Assembly: GCF_964355755.1 (NCBI RefSeq)
Contig: NC_092680.1
Span: 10,416,001-10,480,000 of the forward strand
Origin: Antedon mediterranea
Lineage: Eukaryota; Animalia; Echinodermata
Reading direction: 5' to 3'
Length of the DNA stretch: 64,000 bases
Shown: positions 1-11,228 of the stretch, one piece after another
Layout of the letters: the number at the start of each line of letters is the position of its first letter
How positions within the stretch are numbered: position 1 is the first letter of the stretch
Position numbers and translations under genes: made by a program
Notes under the pieces: generated by a model
Database searches by the model: none
What the model saw: only the letters and a program-made list of their open reading frames with translations
What the model was told of the DNA's origin: nothing

Positions 1-725
1 TGTTGGCCACGAAAATTATGCTGCCCCAGTTAGGTCTGAAAGAAGATACATTCCCTAACGAAGCCAGTTTTAACATAAGCTCTGGGTGAAGCACATCCCA
101 ATTTAAAGGCCTGTCCTGTCGTGCTTTGCGAAAACTTTCGTCATAGGTCCGCCAGTTCAGGTTCCCCAAAGCATTTATTTCTAGTATGTTGTTGACATAT
201 TTAAGCATAGGCAAACATTGAGCAGGCGATTTTTCAACAAATATATACATGTATATTGTAACTGCCCGCATCCATTCAGTAATTGTGATTAACTTTTTCT
301 TACTGTTGTCTGTCTCTACACGGAGTTGTTTATCAATAATTGATAACGAGACCCCAGTAGTATCATTGTCGTTATATATCAGAGCCCTCAGGTCAATGTA
401 TCCATTTGCCCATATTTTATTTTTAACCGATAGTGGCACATTACTGTCCAGAGCAATCGAGTCAGTCATTGTTATGTCGGCCCGAGACGGCTCACCTTCA
501 AAGAGATCGTTTACAGACGCGTCCAATGGCTGATCCTGTGTGGCATTATCCACAATCAAGGATGTGGTAGCGGCTTGAGATGTTAGAGGACTGCCGCCTG
601 GTGTCATGGGGCCAGTTGCCTCGCCCGCCTTCAATACCTTCGCAACTTCAGCCGCCAGTTTGGCGTAGTCTAGTGGTGGGGTCTCTTTGTTCGCCGTTGC
701 CTTCTTCCTAGTGGTTTTTGGGACC
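1..725 (-). pseudogene. Gag-like ORF of Ngaro/DIRS-type YR retrotransposon copy 1 (body; runs off the window start)
   Basis: Manual minus-strand translation is open from 725 to 1: PKTTRKKATANKETPPLDYAKLAAEVAK...DSIALDSNVPLSVKNKIWANGYIDLRAL...EWMRAVTIYMYIY...WRTYDESFRKARQDRPLNWDVL. This is clearly homologous to the gag at 15326-16236 (LDYAKLAKE, IKNKIWND, WRRYDLNFRKARQSRPLEW). It is absent from the ORF track because no stop lies in the window. Confidence 0.9.
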
Positions 726-3231
726 CACACTCACGTCATATTGCGAATTTTGGACAAAAAGTGTTTTGAGAGCGCTTTTGATTTAAACATTAGCGCGAGC
801 CTATCTAGCCGCTGAGAATAGTATTGAGAAACCCGAAGATTTCACGCGAGCGAGACGAACTGACTAAGAACATTATTACTAAAGATTTTCACTTCATACA
901 CGCTTATTATTGAACAATATTTGGTATAAATACTGCTAATTAATTTGAGACATTCGATGTTACTAAGAATACTGAAGAAAATACTTATAATAAAAATTTA
1001 AAAGATTTATAACGATTCTAGTTTAGGTAACATTCGCCCATTAACAATGAAAACAAACAAATCCTGCGTAGGAAATCGCGGAACTCTAAAACGTTTGTTT
1101 TAACATCAAGCTAAAATTGTTTCCGAATTTTTAAATACATATTTGTAAATATTATGTTAAATTTCAATATCTTTAATTTTAATCCTCAAAAAATCAAAAT
1201 ATTGATATTTTTAAAAAGAATTTTATGATCATTTGAAGTCGGGTATATTTACTATCGATCGCGCTCCGCCGGTGCCCGAGTAGGTGTGTACGCGTTGCTT
1301 TTGCAGGCTCTATTCCCAGTAGTGAGTTTCGGTCGTGCTAAAATAAGCAATTGTTTCTACTTTTATATGCATTAGGGGTAAATTATGTTTTAATTGTATT
1401 TACCGCATAACAAAATTCCCAAATTTATTTCTTTTCTTGCCTAACCGTTTCTGTCACCCTAAAATCAAATACCTTAACTGCATAATTTTAAGTGACAATA
1501 ACATACAAATACTATATATAATTTGATCACTTCTTCCAAATACTTTAACGTTTTTGTATACAATTATTTTAAGAATATAAATAAAAACACACAGAAACTA
1601 ATAAAATGGCAACTAATTGAAGAGGCAAACCCATTTATTTCATCAATTAAACATTTGAAAAAAAATAAATAAAATATGGTACTGCTGTGTAGGCCTTAAA
1701 CTATGATTACTGTATTTTTTTCAGTTTTAATTTGTACAATAGGCTAGGCCTATTAACAACATGCTTATTTCTAAAGTCAAGAATAATAAACAGCTTTTAT
1801 TTATTTAAATTCAATATTAAATCTATGAGAAACCTCAATTATGAGAATCATTTAAATTTCTGTCACCGTACATTTCTTTAAATGAAAACCTTTAATTTAA
1901 AAGACATTTATTATTAAGAGCTGTTCACATTTTTTGAATGTCATCATGCTGTCGATAAATAGCCCACTTTCAATCAAGGGATGCAAATGTTTTCTGGAGT
2001 CAGATCCTATAACAAATATAGAAATATAAAAAGTATGTTAATTTTAATATGTATTTGAAAGATGGGCTAGAGGTATAATGCATGATAAATTAGGGTGAAT
2101 AACCTGGCCTGTGGTCATAGACCTACTAGTACTACTAGGCCTAGCTAAAGGTTTTATATCCCATAAAACGTTTGAATTTAAAATACGTATTACAAGTACA
2201 AAATCTAATTTATATAGAGTTGTAAAGTGTGGTACATTCAGTACATTATTTAAAATAAATTAGAATGTGGCCTAATATTAATAAATAAACACTTAAAAAA
2301 TTGGCCTAAACGACTCTGAGTATATCTATACGCATTGATTAACAGGCAGTACGCGTTGGACCATCAAAGCTAGGCCCAGCTTCGCACAAACCACCCGTCA
2401 TACATGTGATTTGTTTACCTATTTCAATCGCCATTTAAAAAATACCTGAAAATATCAACATGCCCATTTTTTGTCAAACGAATATTTACATTACATAGTA
2501 ACTTTTTATTTAGTCACTCGTTTCCTAAAAAATTGGGGAATTTTTTTATGGTCTCGCAAAGATGTACAATATTATTATTGATAAAAACCGTATAAAATCT
2601 AACAAAAAGAAGAGCAAATTCAATGATTACCTGACCGATCATAAACTGCTATCATGTTTCAAAAAGCAAGTCATGTGCTTCTTCAATCCTTGTTTTAATT
2701 ATTCTCAGGAATTATTCATAATAATCTATAAATTAAGGCTTTCAATTGGTTAAAAGAGTTTAACCCTATTAAAATTTTAAATTCACATCGTTTCCGGGTG
2801 ATGTTGTCGCGCTTCGATGAATCTCAGAAATCACAAATTACCGCAAGAGGGCTCACTACTTTTTTTTTTTCTCTTTTGTGGCGCAAACACCACTTTTATT
2901 CACATTCATATTATCTCATATTACATAAAATCGTATTATTTAACTTGTAAATGTCGTTACAGTTCATAAGTAACATTTTTACATATATGAATTCTGTATT
3001 ACTCCTTTTTTCATTAATTTTCTTATATTTTGTTATACACTTGACAGGATCATCATTATCATCTATCCCGTTTTAAAATAGTTCACACATTTTCATTTGT
3101 TTGTTTTCATTTTACAACCCGGATTATACAATATATTTATATACATGATAAAAAAAAACAATAATAGCTCAGTACCACCAGTAACCCGTATTACTGTAAT
3201 TCCTTTTCGGTTAATCGTATCAAGTTAGAAT

Positions 3232-6200
3232 TTATATTATCATAATCTTATTTCTTAAAGCTACCCATTTTTCTATACTTGTTTCTTTATTGTTATATGT
3301 TTCACATTCAATGTTATATAACATATTGCTTTTAAATGAATTCCATAAAGATTTACCCACTGGCTTATTTAGTGCAGATAACATTTTTATTCTATAAATA
3401 GTAAATGCTGCAAAAGTGTAAATATAATCTATTAGCTTATCTCCCGTTCCTAGTATTAATTGTTTAAATGATATAATATTATTATTGTGATTTAAACTTA
3501 CAAAGATACTAAGCATTTTCCTCCTAAAAAACAAATGATTTTCATTTTCAATTTCTCCACATTTGTCACACGTTTGTGTTTCCTTAACTTTCCACTGATA
3601 CAGCCGTTTGTTGGTAGGCAGTATTCTATGTAACATCTTATAATTGAATTGTGCTAGTTTCTTATCTTTCATTTTACATACTTTCCGTAACCAAGAAGTT
3701 TTCCAATCAATGTTGTTATCATTGAAGTACTCTTCCCATTTTAGTTGTGACATTGGAATAATGAAATATTCTTTCACAAACCATGAGTATATTAGTTTGG
3801 TAGTATTAATCTCATACTTAGTCCCAACTACTTCATCATTATCATCACAATTGAAAATATCTACCTCCTTAATAATACGTTTCCATTGAATTGGTATTGC
3901 CTTAATAATGCACAAATACTCATTTAACCAGTTTGTTTTACATTGTAGTTTCACCAGTATTTCGTTCGATGTTAAAAAAAGTGTTCTTATTAACAATGTC
4001 TTTAATACTGATAATGCCACTGTCAATCCAATGCTTGTAGAAAAGCGGTTTTTTTTTTAGTTTAACGTAGTGGTTTCCCCACAGTTGCTCATTCATTATA
4101 TCGTTATAAGTTTCAGGTTTTTTTTTAGAGATTCTGTTATAATTTATGTAGGCTTTTATCATATTTTTGTAAAACAGTGGAATTTTATCAGAATTAACAT
4201 CAATAATGTTATAACATGACATATTAAGTAAAACATTAACATCACATATTTTTTTAATATAATACATTGGAATATTTTTCCATTTAGCACCATCATCATT
4301 CATAATTCTTTTTAACCAGCCACACATGAGTGCGTTAACATGAAGAGTAAAATCAGGCATTTTAATGCCTCCCATCTCAACATCACCAATTAGAGTTTTT
4401 CTTTTTATCTTTTCCCTTTTATTGTTCCAAATAAAATTATATATTAGATTTGTAACTTGTGTATATACATATTTTGGAACCAGTGGTGGCGCCAGGATTT
4501 CCCCGACGGGGGGGCCAAATTCCCCGACGGGGGGGCCGAATCCCCCCCACGGGGGCCGTACGCGCGAAAGCGGGGGTGGGTTTGGGAGGGGGTATGCCCC
4601 CTCCCGAGCCTCAAAAAATTTTGAAAAAATAGATGCTTACACACTGTTTAATAGGCTAGAGCAACTGTTTCCATTACATTTAATAACAATGTCTCATAAT
4701 AATGTAAATTTAAATAAATCTTTCCTAAATACTCTAATACGGATCTTTTTCGACGAACTAATAATAAACTTTGATCCGAAAATGCCTCGATAGTGCATGT
4801 GTTTAGTGTACGACTGTGCTTTGGTGGTCTGTTAACCTCAGATATATACCCTATAGCCGGGTGAATAACTCAATGTAATTTAGTACCGTATACAATGATG
4901 ATTGCCGTAATCGCCGTGTCTATAACACAAATCAATAAAATGCCGTTTTTTCGGCCGTGTACATAGAACAAGACATTTCATGTTTATGTTATGCCTATGA
5001 AATAATAATAAAAGAACATCATGTTTATCGTTTTTTTTATCGTTTATACTGTATACCATTATATAAAAAACCTTCATACGCGAGAAAAAAGTTCACGATA
5101 TTACACTCTACTCTGTACAGGGGTGTAAATATACAGGTCCACGCTAACGCTTGCACACGGACCAGGGCGGAAAATGGTGTATTTTTTGGAGAGTGATGAC
5201 GTCAGCATTCACACGAGGAGCGAGCTAAGAAAACGTGATGCTGGTAGTGGGAGTGCATGTGTTTTGAAAATAACTCAGTTGTGGGTATTTTCCGAAGATT
5301 TTAAATTGCGTTTTCTTTTTAGACTCTTGAATTCATAAATAGTTATTTCACTATGTAGGCCTATTTACACAACTATAGCTCTAGCCTACTCTTCTTAAAA
5401 AGAGTCAAGTGCGTCGAATCCGCGTCTAGCGACGGTCACGGGTTTGGTGCATCTTTTTTTTCCTTTTAGAATTAAGGGAGGTGGCTAGCCACCCTATTCA
5501 CCCACCTACCCTAGATCGAGATTTATGCGCGAAAAGAAACGTGACCAGACCCTGTTTTATGGTTCGGGCCAACCAACCGACAGCGGACATATACGCGGTA
5601 CACCAAGGGTTATTGGTAAATTGAAACAATTCGTAAACTGAACCGTGAGAACATAACTCGTACCTTTATCCCTGTATGAACGTACGTCGATGCGTAGTTG
5701 CAAATGAATTTTCGATTTTCGCCTGGAATCTGAAAAATACACATTTTGGTCCCTGGATGTATGTCGACGCGTATACCGCAGTGAGCCATGAAAGATTCGT
5801 ACAAAGAGACACCGCCAGACAAATGCGTACCACATCATACCGTTTACTTCGCTGTCAGTATATCGTACGTACGTCAAAAATGGAATGCCGCAGTTACTTA
5901 AAATATATAGTAGTACACTTAATATGGTTTTATTTTTTACCAGAAAAGAAATGATCATATTTTTCTCCCCGACAAATATGACCAATACTCCCCGACGGGG
6001 GGGCCAGCTTTCCCGACGGGGGGGCCCTGGCCCCCCGGCCCCCCCGCTGGCGCCACCACTGTTTGGAACATCAGTGATATTTGCAGCATATGTTAATTTA
6101 GATAGTGCAAGACTTTTCAGGATTATTATTCTACCAAAAATTGAGAGATTTCTAGCATTCCATTGTTTTAAAGTCTTTTCTAGCTCTATTAATTTAACAT

Positions 6201-8565
6201 CCCAGTTTTTTCTGGTACATTCTTCTGTATTATACCCTACATATATGCCTAAAATTTTGATCGGGTGTTTTACCCAATTTAATTCTAAAGGTCTATCTAT
6301 TCTGTTCTTCCATTTACCAATCCAAAAAGCATTGGTTTTTTTTTTATTTAGTGTCATTCCAGATACTTCACAAAAACGTTCAATTACACTGACTGCTGAC
6401 TTAATACTTTTGTCATTACCAACATACAAAACAGTATCATCGGCTAATTGGCTTATTCTAGCTTCTATGTTATTTTCATTATTTGGAAGTTTAATACCCT
6501 TATAGTCATCTTTGTTTCTTATTCTAGATGCCATTACTTCAACCACTAAAATGAATAACAGAGCAGATAGAGGACAACCTTGTCTAATACCTCTTTCCAT
6601 TTTAAAATTGTTTGAAACCCAACCATTGTTAACTGTGACACATTCAACGTTATTGTATAATACTTTTACCCAGTTACAAAAGAACATTCCAAAGTTAAAC
6701 TTTTCTAGAACATTGAACATAAAATCTCTACTAATAGAGTCAAAAGCCTTCTTAAAATCTACGGTAATTATTGCCCCTTCGATATCATTACACTCTGTAT
6801 AATAAAGCAGGTCTTCTATTAACCGAATGTTTTCACCAGCGAAACGGCCTTTTATATAACCTTTTTGGTCTGAACTTACTATTGATTTAATAACCATTTT
6901 AAGTCTGTTACTTAATACATGTGCAAGAATTTTGTAATCGGTGTTTAATAGGGTAATGGGACGCCAATTATTCAAATTTTCTCTTTCTCCATCCTTGAAC
7001 AAAAGGGTGATTACACCTCGTTTTTGCGAAAAGAATAATTCTTGAGAATTATAACTTTCATTTAACGCATCGCAAATTAAATGTTTAATATTATTCCAAA
7101 AGAACACATAAAATTCAACACTTAGACCATCCGATCCAGGTGTTTTATTTTTTTCCATCATTGAAATGGCCTTTTTACATTCATCAATAGTGACGTAACC
7201 TTCACAATTTTCTTTTTCTATTTCTGAAAGCTTGTTTATAATAGAATTACAAAGGTATTTATTAATTTTTCCAGGGTTTATAACATTTTTTGCGTATAAA
7301 CCTTCGAAATGTTGTATTTGTTCCTTTAAAATATCAATTGGGCTCGTTGCTAAGCTCCCATCTTTAGTAATTAAACTTTTTATGTGTTTCTTTTTACTTT
7401 TGGATCTTTCTAACCCAAGAAAGTATTTTGTATTCCGCTCGCCTTCCTCTATCCATTTTACTCTGGACCTAATTTGCGCGCCTTTTGCTTCTACATTATA
7501 AATGTTTTCAAGCTCTATTTTTTTGTTTTCAATTTTATTTTCAATGGTTATATCACAATTTTGAGTATTCATAATTGTTTCATTTAAGTTTTTTATTTGT
7601 TTTTGTAATTTTTCTTTCTTTTTATTCTGGTTTTTATTTTTTTGTTTTCCGTATGCAATTGAAAATTCTTTTATTTTTGTTTTTACAAGCTCCCATAACA
7701 AACTTGCACTTACAGGTTCTCTATTATTTTTTAGTATTGAAACATCAATTATTTTAATTACTAATTTTGTAAATGTTTCATCTTTCAGAAAGCTATTGTT
7801 GAACATCCATAAACCAGGACCGCGTTTTTTTTCATGCAAATCTATTTTAATTGATACCGCCTGGTGATCTGTGAGAATAGCTGGACGAATGTCACAGGCT
7901 AAAACATCTCCATTTAAAAAGAGATCTTCTGATATTAACCAGTAATCCAGCCTACGGAAAATGTTGTTAAATCTCTTACGCCACGTAAATTGTCGCTTAT
8001 TCATGTTTTTGGATCTCCAAATATCATTTAAATTTAAATTTTTCATTAGGTTTTTAATCGTAAAAACAGATTTATCAGACCTATTTGCGCTACCTTTTTG
8101 GTCAATGTCACTATTCATGATGCAATTCAGATCTCCACCTAGAATGATAGAATTACCCTTCCCTCCATCAAAGTCATTGTAACATTTGTGTATGGTCCTA
8201 AAGAATGCACTTCTATTTTTGCTTTCATTAGGATCATAAATATTTATAATGTCCAATTCCTTTTCATTTATCATTAGATTAAGAAATATATATCTTCCAT
8301 CAATATCAGTTAACTTTTTAACAATTTTGCATTCAAGACCTTTTCGTAATAGTATCGACACTCCTCTACTATGTGAATTACCTATACTATGGATCGCTTC
8401 ACCTTCCCAAACAAAGTTTGATTTATTAATAATCTCATTTGTTAGATGGGTTTCCTGAAGCAGACATATATCCGCTTTTTGATCTTTTACCCATTGGAAT
8501 AGCTTATGTTGCTTATTTATATTTCTAGCTCCTCTAACGTTTAGTGTTATACAATGTAAATTCAT
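3232..8565 (-). pseudogene. Tx1-type LINE ORF2 (APE endonuclease-reverse transcriptase), interrupted
   Basis: APE motifs TLNVRG, LQETH, GGDLN, RLDY, TDH and RT motifs NWRPITLLN, DFKKAFDS, GIRQGCPLS, LADD. It is split by the hAT MITE at 4481-6061, whose removal gives ...NITDVPKYVYTQVTNLIYNFIW...MGGIKMPDF. There is also a +1 frameshift in the A7 run at 3974-3980. Confidence 0.93.
4481..6061. mobile_element. Non-autonomous hAT-type DNA transposon (MITE)
   Basis: Perfect 15-bp TIRs CAGTGGTGGCGCCAG (4481-4495 / 6047-6061) and an 8-bp TSD TTTGGAAC (4473-4480, 6062-6069). Subterminal CCCCGACGGGGGGG repeats at both ends; no transposase ORF. Confidence 0.93.
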
Positions 8566-8630
8566 AAGATTAGAGTAAAGAGCTTCCTAGGGAAATTACA
8601 ATATTTAGAATACATATTATTAAGATTAAA

Positions 8631-9956
8631 TTACTTGTTTTTGTTTCTCTTTCTTAAACTTCTTTTTTCAATACTCTTTGTTTTTTCTTCTGTCCTGCCT
8701 TCATTTCCGGACTGTTCCTTCAGATCTCTCGCTGCTTTCTTGTTTGTGCTAACACTTTTACTTTTTTGCATACTTTTTTCAAAGTAGTCAGTTACCTTCT
8801 TCTGTTCATGCTCCTCTCTTTCCCCAACTTCCTGCTCCTCTCTTTCTTCAGCTTTCTGGTACTTTCTTCCCGGTACTTCTTGTTCCTCTCCTTCTTCAAC
8901 TTCCTCCTCCTCTCTTTCGTCCACTTCCTGCTCTTCTCTCTGCTCCTCTCTGTCATCATCTTCCTGCTCATTTTGGTTTGTGTGTTGTTCTATAGTGATC
9001 ACACTTGTTTCTTTCTGCGCATTTTCATCATCTGATGATTCACTACTTCCATCAATACTAAACACTTCATCATGTGTTTCTGTATCAGATTGTACCGTAG
9101 CTCTTTTCCCGTAGTGGTTATCGTTAGCATTATTATTTTTTGGGTTTTCAAAGTTAAAAACCGATTCCCAAACTGTATTAATGTATGCACCAGGTGAACC
9201 AGATGATGATACATTATGCGCTTCAACATTACATCTGTCCCTAGTATGCCCTGGTAAATGACACTTGAAACAGATTATATCAGCTTTGCATTGAAAAGCT
9301 AAATGCCCAGTCTTTGTACATTTGTTGCATTTCACTTCCTGACCGTCATGAAAAGCCCGTGCTCTAAAACCATTTATTATTATCTGTCTTGGTATTTGCG
9401 ATTTTAGCTTTTCTACAACGACAGCTCTGTCACCGTTTAGCCAGCTGGTTAATTGACCATTAACCCTTATTTTTAGCCTTGTAACATCTCCTATTGGTTT
9501 GCATCCTAGCGCTTTCAACTTGCTAGCAATCTCTACGTCAGCAACCGATAATGGTATATCCTTTATGACTATTCTCGTTGTTTCCATGTTGTTGTATGCC
9601 AAATAAGGATTTTTATCATGAATTGTAATATTACAATTCCTAATGTTTAGTCCATTCGTAATTAGTTTCACTCTATCATTTCTATTATTTAGATAAATTC
9701 GCCATAGGTTCCGTATTTTTTGAACACCGATTATACTTTCTGCAGCAATTATTTTTAGTAGGGCTATACATAGGTCTTCATCTTTGAAAAAGCTTTTTCC
9801 TGTTGGTATTTGATCAGCCTTCAAAAAGATTGGCTTCACTACACTACGTTCTTTGTTTACTGTTTGCCCGTTCATCCTGCTGATTTCGTCACCGTCAGCC
9901 TGTGCAGCACTGTACATTCCTTTGTTAGTCCCGTTTCTATGGGTTTTTGACGCCAT
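8631..9956 (-). CDS. Tx1-type LINE ORF1 (gag-like, two zinc knuckles, acidic tail)
   Basis: 441-aa ORF with CNKCTKTGHLAFQC and CFKCHLPGHTRDRC, directly upstream of the APE-RT ORF. Confidence 0.88.
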   Translation of the reverse strand: MASKTHRNGTNKGMYSAAQADGDEISRMNGQTVNKERSVVKPIFLKADQIPTGKSFFKDEDLCIALLKIIAAESIIGVQKIRNLWRIYLNNRNDRVKLITNGLNIRNCNITIHDKNPYLAYNNMETTRIVIKDIPLSVADVEIASKLKALGCKPIGDVTRLKIRVNGQLTSWLNGDRAVVVEKLKSQIPRQIIINGFRARAFHDGQEVKCNKCTKTGHLAFQCKADIICFKCHLPGHTRDRCNVEAHNVSSSGSPGAYINTVWESVFNFENPKNNNANDNHYGKRATVQSDTETHDEVFSIDGSSESSDDENAQKETSVITIEQHTNQNEQEDDDREEQREEQEVDEREEEEVEEGEEQEVPGRKYQKAEEREEQEVGEREEHEQKKVTDYFEKSMQKSKSVSTNKKAARDLKEQSGNEGRTEEKTKSIEKRSLRKRNKNK

Positions 9957-10211
9957 TGTTTGGCTTTCACCGGGCTTAGACGTGAACGATATACAAATTG
10001 TTTTTTCCTAGTATTTCTTTCAGGTAAAAACTTCCACCTTAACAAAGACTTGGTTTAACTTGACTTATTCACTGTATTATACTCACTTAGAAATCAATCG
10101 AGATTTAGAAAACGTCAAATTTTAACTATATTTCAGGAGCTGTAAAAAACTATACCTTGGTTAAGTGAAATCACAACGCCCTCTTCTTGTTGTCCAGTCT
10201 AAATGAATGTG

Positions 10212-10253
10212 GACCGCAGCCGACGCTGTACGGCCTCTTGGAGCTTTCGGCAT
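10212..10253 (-). pseudogene. Displaced N-terminus of Ngaro copy 1 gag (ATG at 10253)
   Basis: ATG CCG AAA GCT CCA AGA GGC CGT ACA GCG TCG GCT GCG GTC joins in frame to position 721 once 726-10215 is removed. It starts MPK like the copy 2 gag. Confidence 0.85.
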
Positions 10254-10448
10254 TATACCTGTATAGAAATCAAAGAAACACCTCTGATGGTTAGAAATGA
10301 AAAACATGGTTGACACATTGACTACTGAAAAGCGGAGTTACATTTGTAACAATCGTCCGGTTTCCATAGTATGTGCTATATATCCATGGTCCGCCTGAAA
10401 TTCACCGGACTGAGAACAAGAGGATGTGTCCAAAGCCCGAATGCCACA

Positions 10449-10742
10449 AGGCAAACATTAGGCCCGAAGGCAAGCATAAGGCCTGAGGGCAAGCATAAGG
10501 CCCGAGGGCAAGCATAAGGCCCAAGGGCAAGCATAAGGCCCAAGGGCAAGCATAAGGCCCGAAAGCAAACATAAGGCCCGAAGGCAAACATAAGGCCCGA
10601 AGGCAAACATAAGGCCCGAAGGCAAACATAAAGCCCGAAGGCAAACATTAGGCCCGAAGGCCAACATAGTGCCCGAAAGGCAAACACAGGGCCCGAAGGC
10701 AAACATTAGTCCCGAAGGCCAAAATTCTTGCCCGAAGGCAAA
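10449..10742. repeat. 19-bp tandem minisatellite (GGCAA(A/G)CATAAGGCCCGAA, about 15 copies) inside Ngaro copy 1
   Basis: Directly visible head-to-tail repeats with no spacers. Confidence 0.92.
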
Positions 10743-10784
10743 ATATGTGGAGGTTCTGAACCTCTTTATATAAATTGAAATTAA

Positions 10785-11228
10785 AACTACTGGCCTTAAA
10801 ATTTTTTCTGCGTGTAGAATAGCTTGTCGGACGCTACGTGCGTACCGATACATCCCTGACGATCGGCCATTTGAAGAACTTCTGTTAAGATGTACGCCAT
10901 CGGCGTGAATATGGGACCAGTCGTTCCACAGGCCTCTGTGACGCCAATATGTTACACATGCATCATCGGCATAATTCGCCTGAAGTCGACGGTTAATGTC
11001 CACAACAGAGTCGTTGAAGTTAGAGCTTACCCGACTGGGGTGCCGCTTTAACAGCTGGCTAACCACAATATGTTTAAACTCCAGTCCAAATTTAAGATAG
11101 TCAATTAAATTATCGAGTTTGTTCATAATAAAAATTCATTAGATCGTTTCACAATGTCATTCTCTCTTAGATGAACCTAAACGATATCTTTCGGCGGCGT
11201 AGACCATCCCTTAAGCAGATGCAATGAT
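10785..11228 (-). pseudogene. SGNH/GDSL hydrolase remnant of Ngaro copy 1 (5'-truncated)
   Basis: YWRHRG...HADGVHLN...GMYRYARSVRQAI...LRPV matches 17049-17663. An upstream degraded DIV*VHLRENDI corresponds to DIVYIQIGEDDI. It is cut off by the satellite at about 11229. Confidence 0.85.

Larger units (their letters stand above)
2862..10185 (-). mobile_element. Near full-length L1/Tx1-clade non-LTR retrotransposon
   Basis: Has ORF1 with two CCHC knuckles and ORF2 with APE, RT and a C-terminal Cys/His motif. A minus-strand AATAAA (tttatt 2895-2900) and poly(A) (T-run 2860-2870) mark the 3' end. Possible 3-bp TSD CTT (2859-2861, 10186-10188). Confidence 0.92.
726..10211. mobile_element. Non-autonomous CAC...GTG DNA transposon copy 1 with RSS-like asymmetric ends (Chapaev/Transib-like), carrying a nested LINE
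   Basis: Starts CACACTC at 726 and ends GAATGTG at 10211, flanked by GACC (722-725, 10212-10215). Removing it restores the Ngaro gag frame (MPKAPRGRTASAAV|PKTTRKK). Both ends are homologous to the ends of 21912-26781. Confidence 0.88.

Noticed and set aside
249-533. Plus-strand 94-aa ORF and other antisense ORFs over RT genes (e.g. 5885-6505, 14150-14482, 44122-44436)
   Set aside because: Shadows of the real opposite-strand retroelement ORFs.
726-762. True V(D)J RSS flanking antigen-receptor segments
   Set aside because: No Ig/TCR V, D or J coding segments are adjacent; the signals are the ends of TSD-flanked insertions.
763-2858. RAG1/Transib/Chapaev transposase remnants inside the CAC transposons (also 21940-26745)
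   Set aside because: No ORF or recognisable motif found by eye; short Cys-containing ORFs such as 21792-22007 span the element boundary. A translated HMM search is still needed.
3974-3980. Programmed frameshift in LINE ORF2
   Set aside because: A single extra base in an A7 homopolymer is better explained by slippage mutation or sequencing error.
5557-6061. Novel C-terminal extension of the 1002-aa RT ORF (SGGASGGAGGPGPPRR...)
   Set aside because: It is read-through into the hAT MITE; the true ORF2 resumes at 4472.
10449-10742. CRISPR-like array or repeat-protein ORFs (10376-10702, 10402-10644)
   Set aside because: Head-to-tail 19-mers without unique spacers, in a eukaryotic context with no cas genes; the ORFs are by-products of the repeat.
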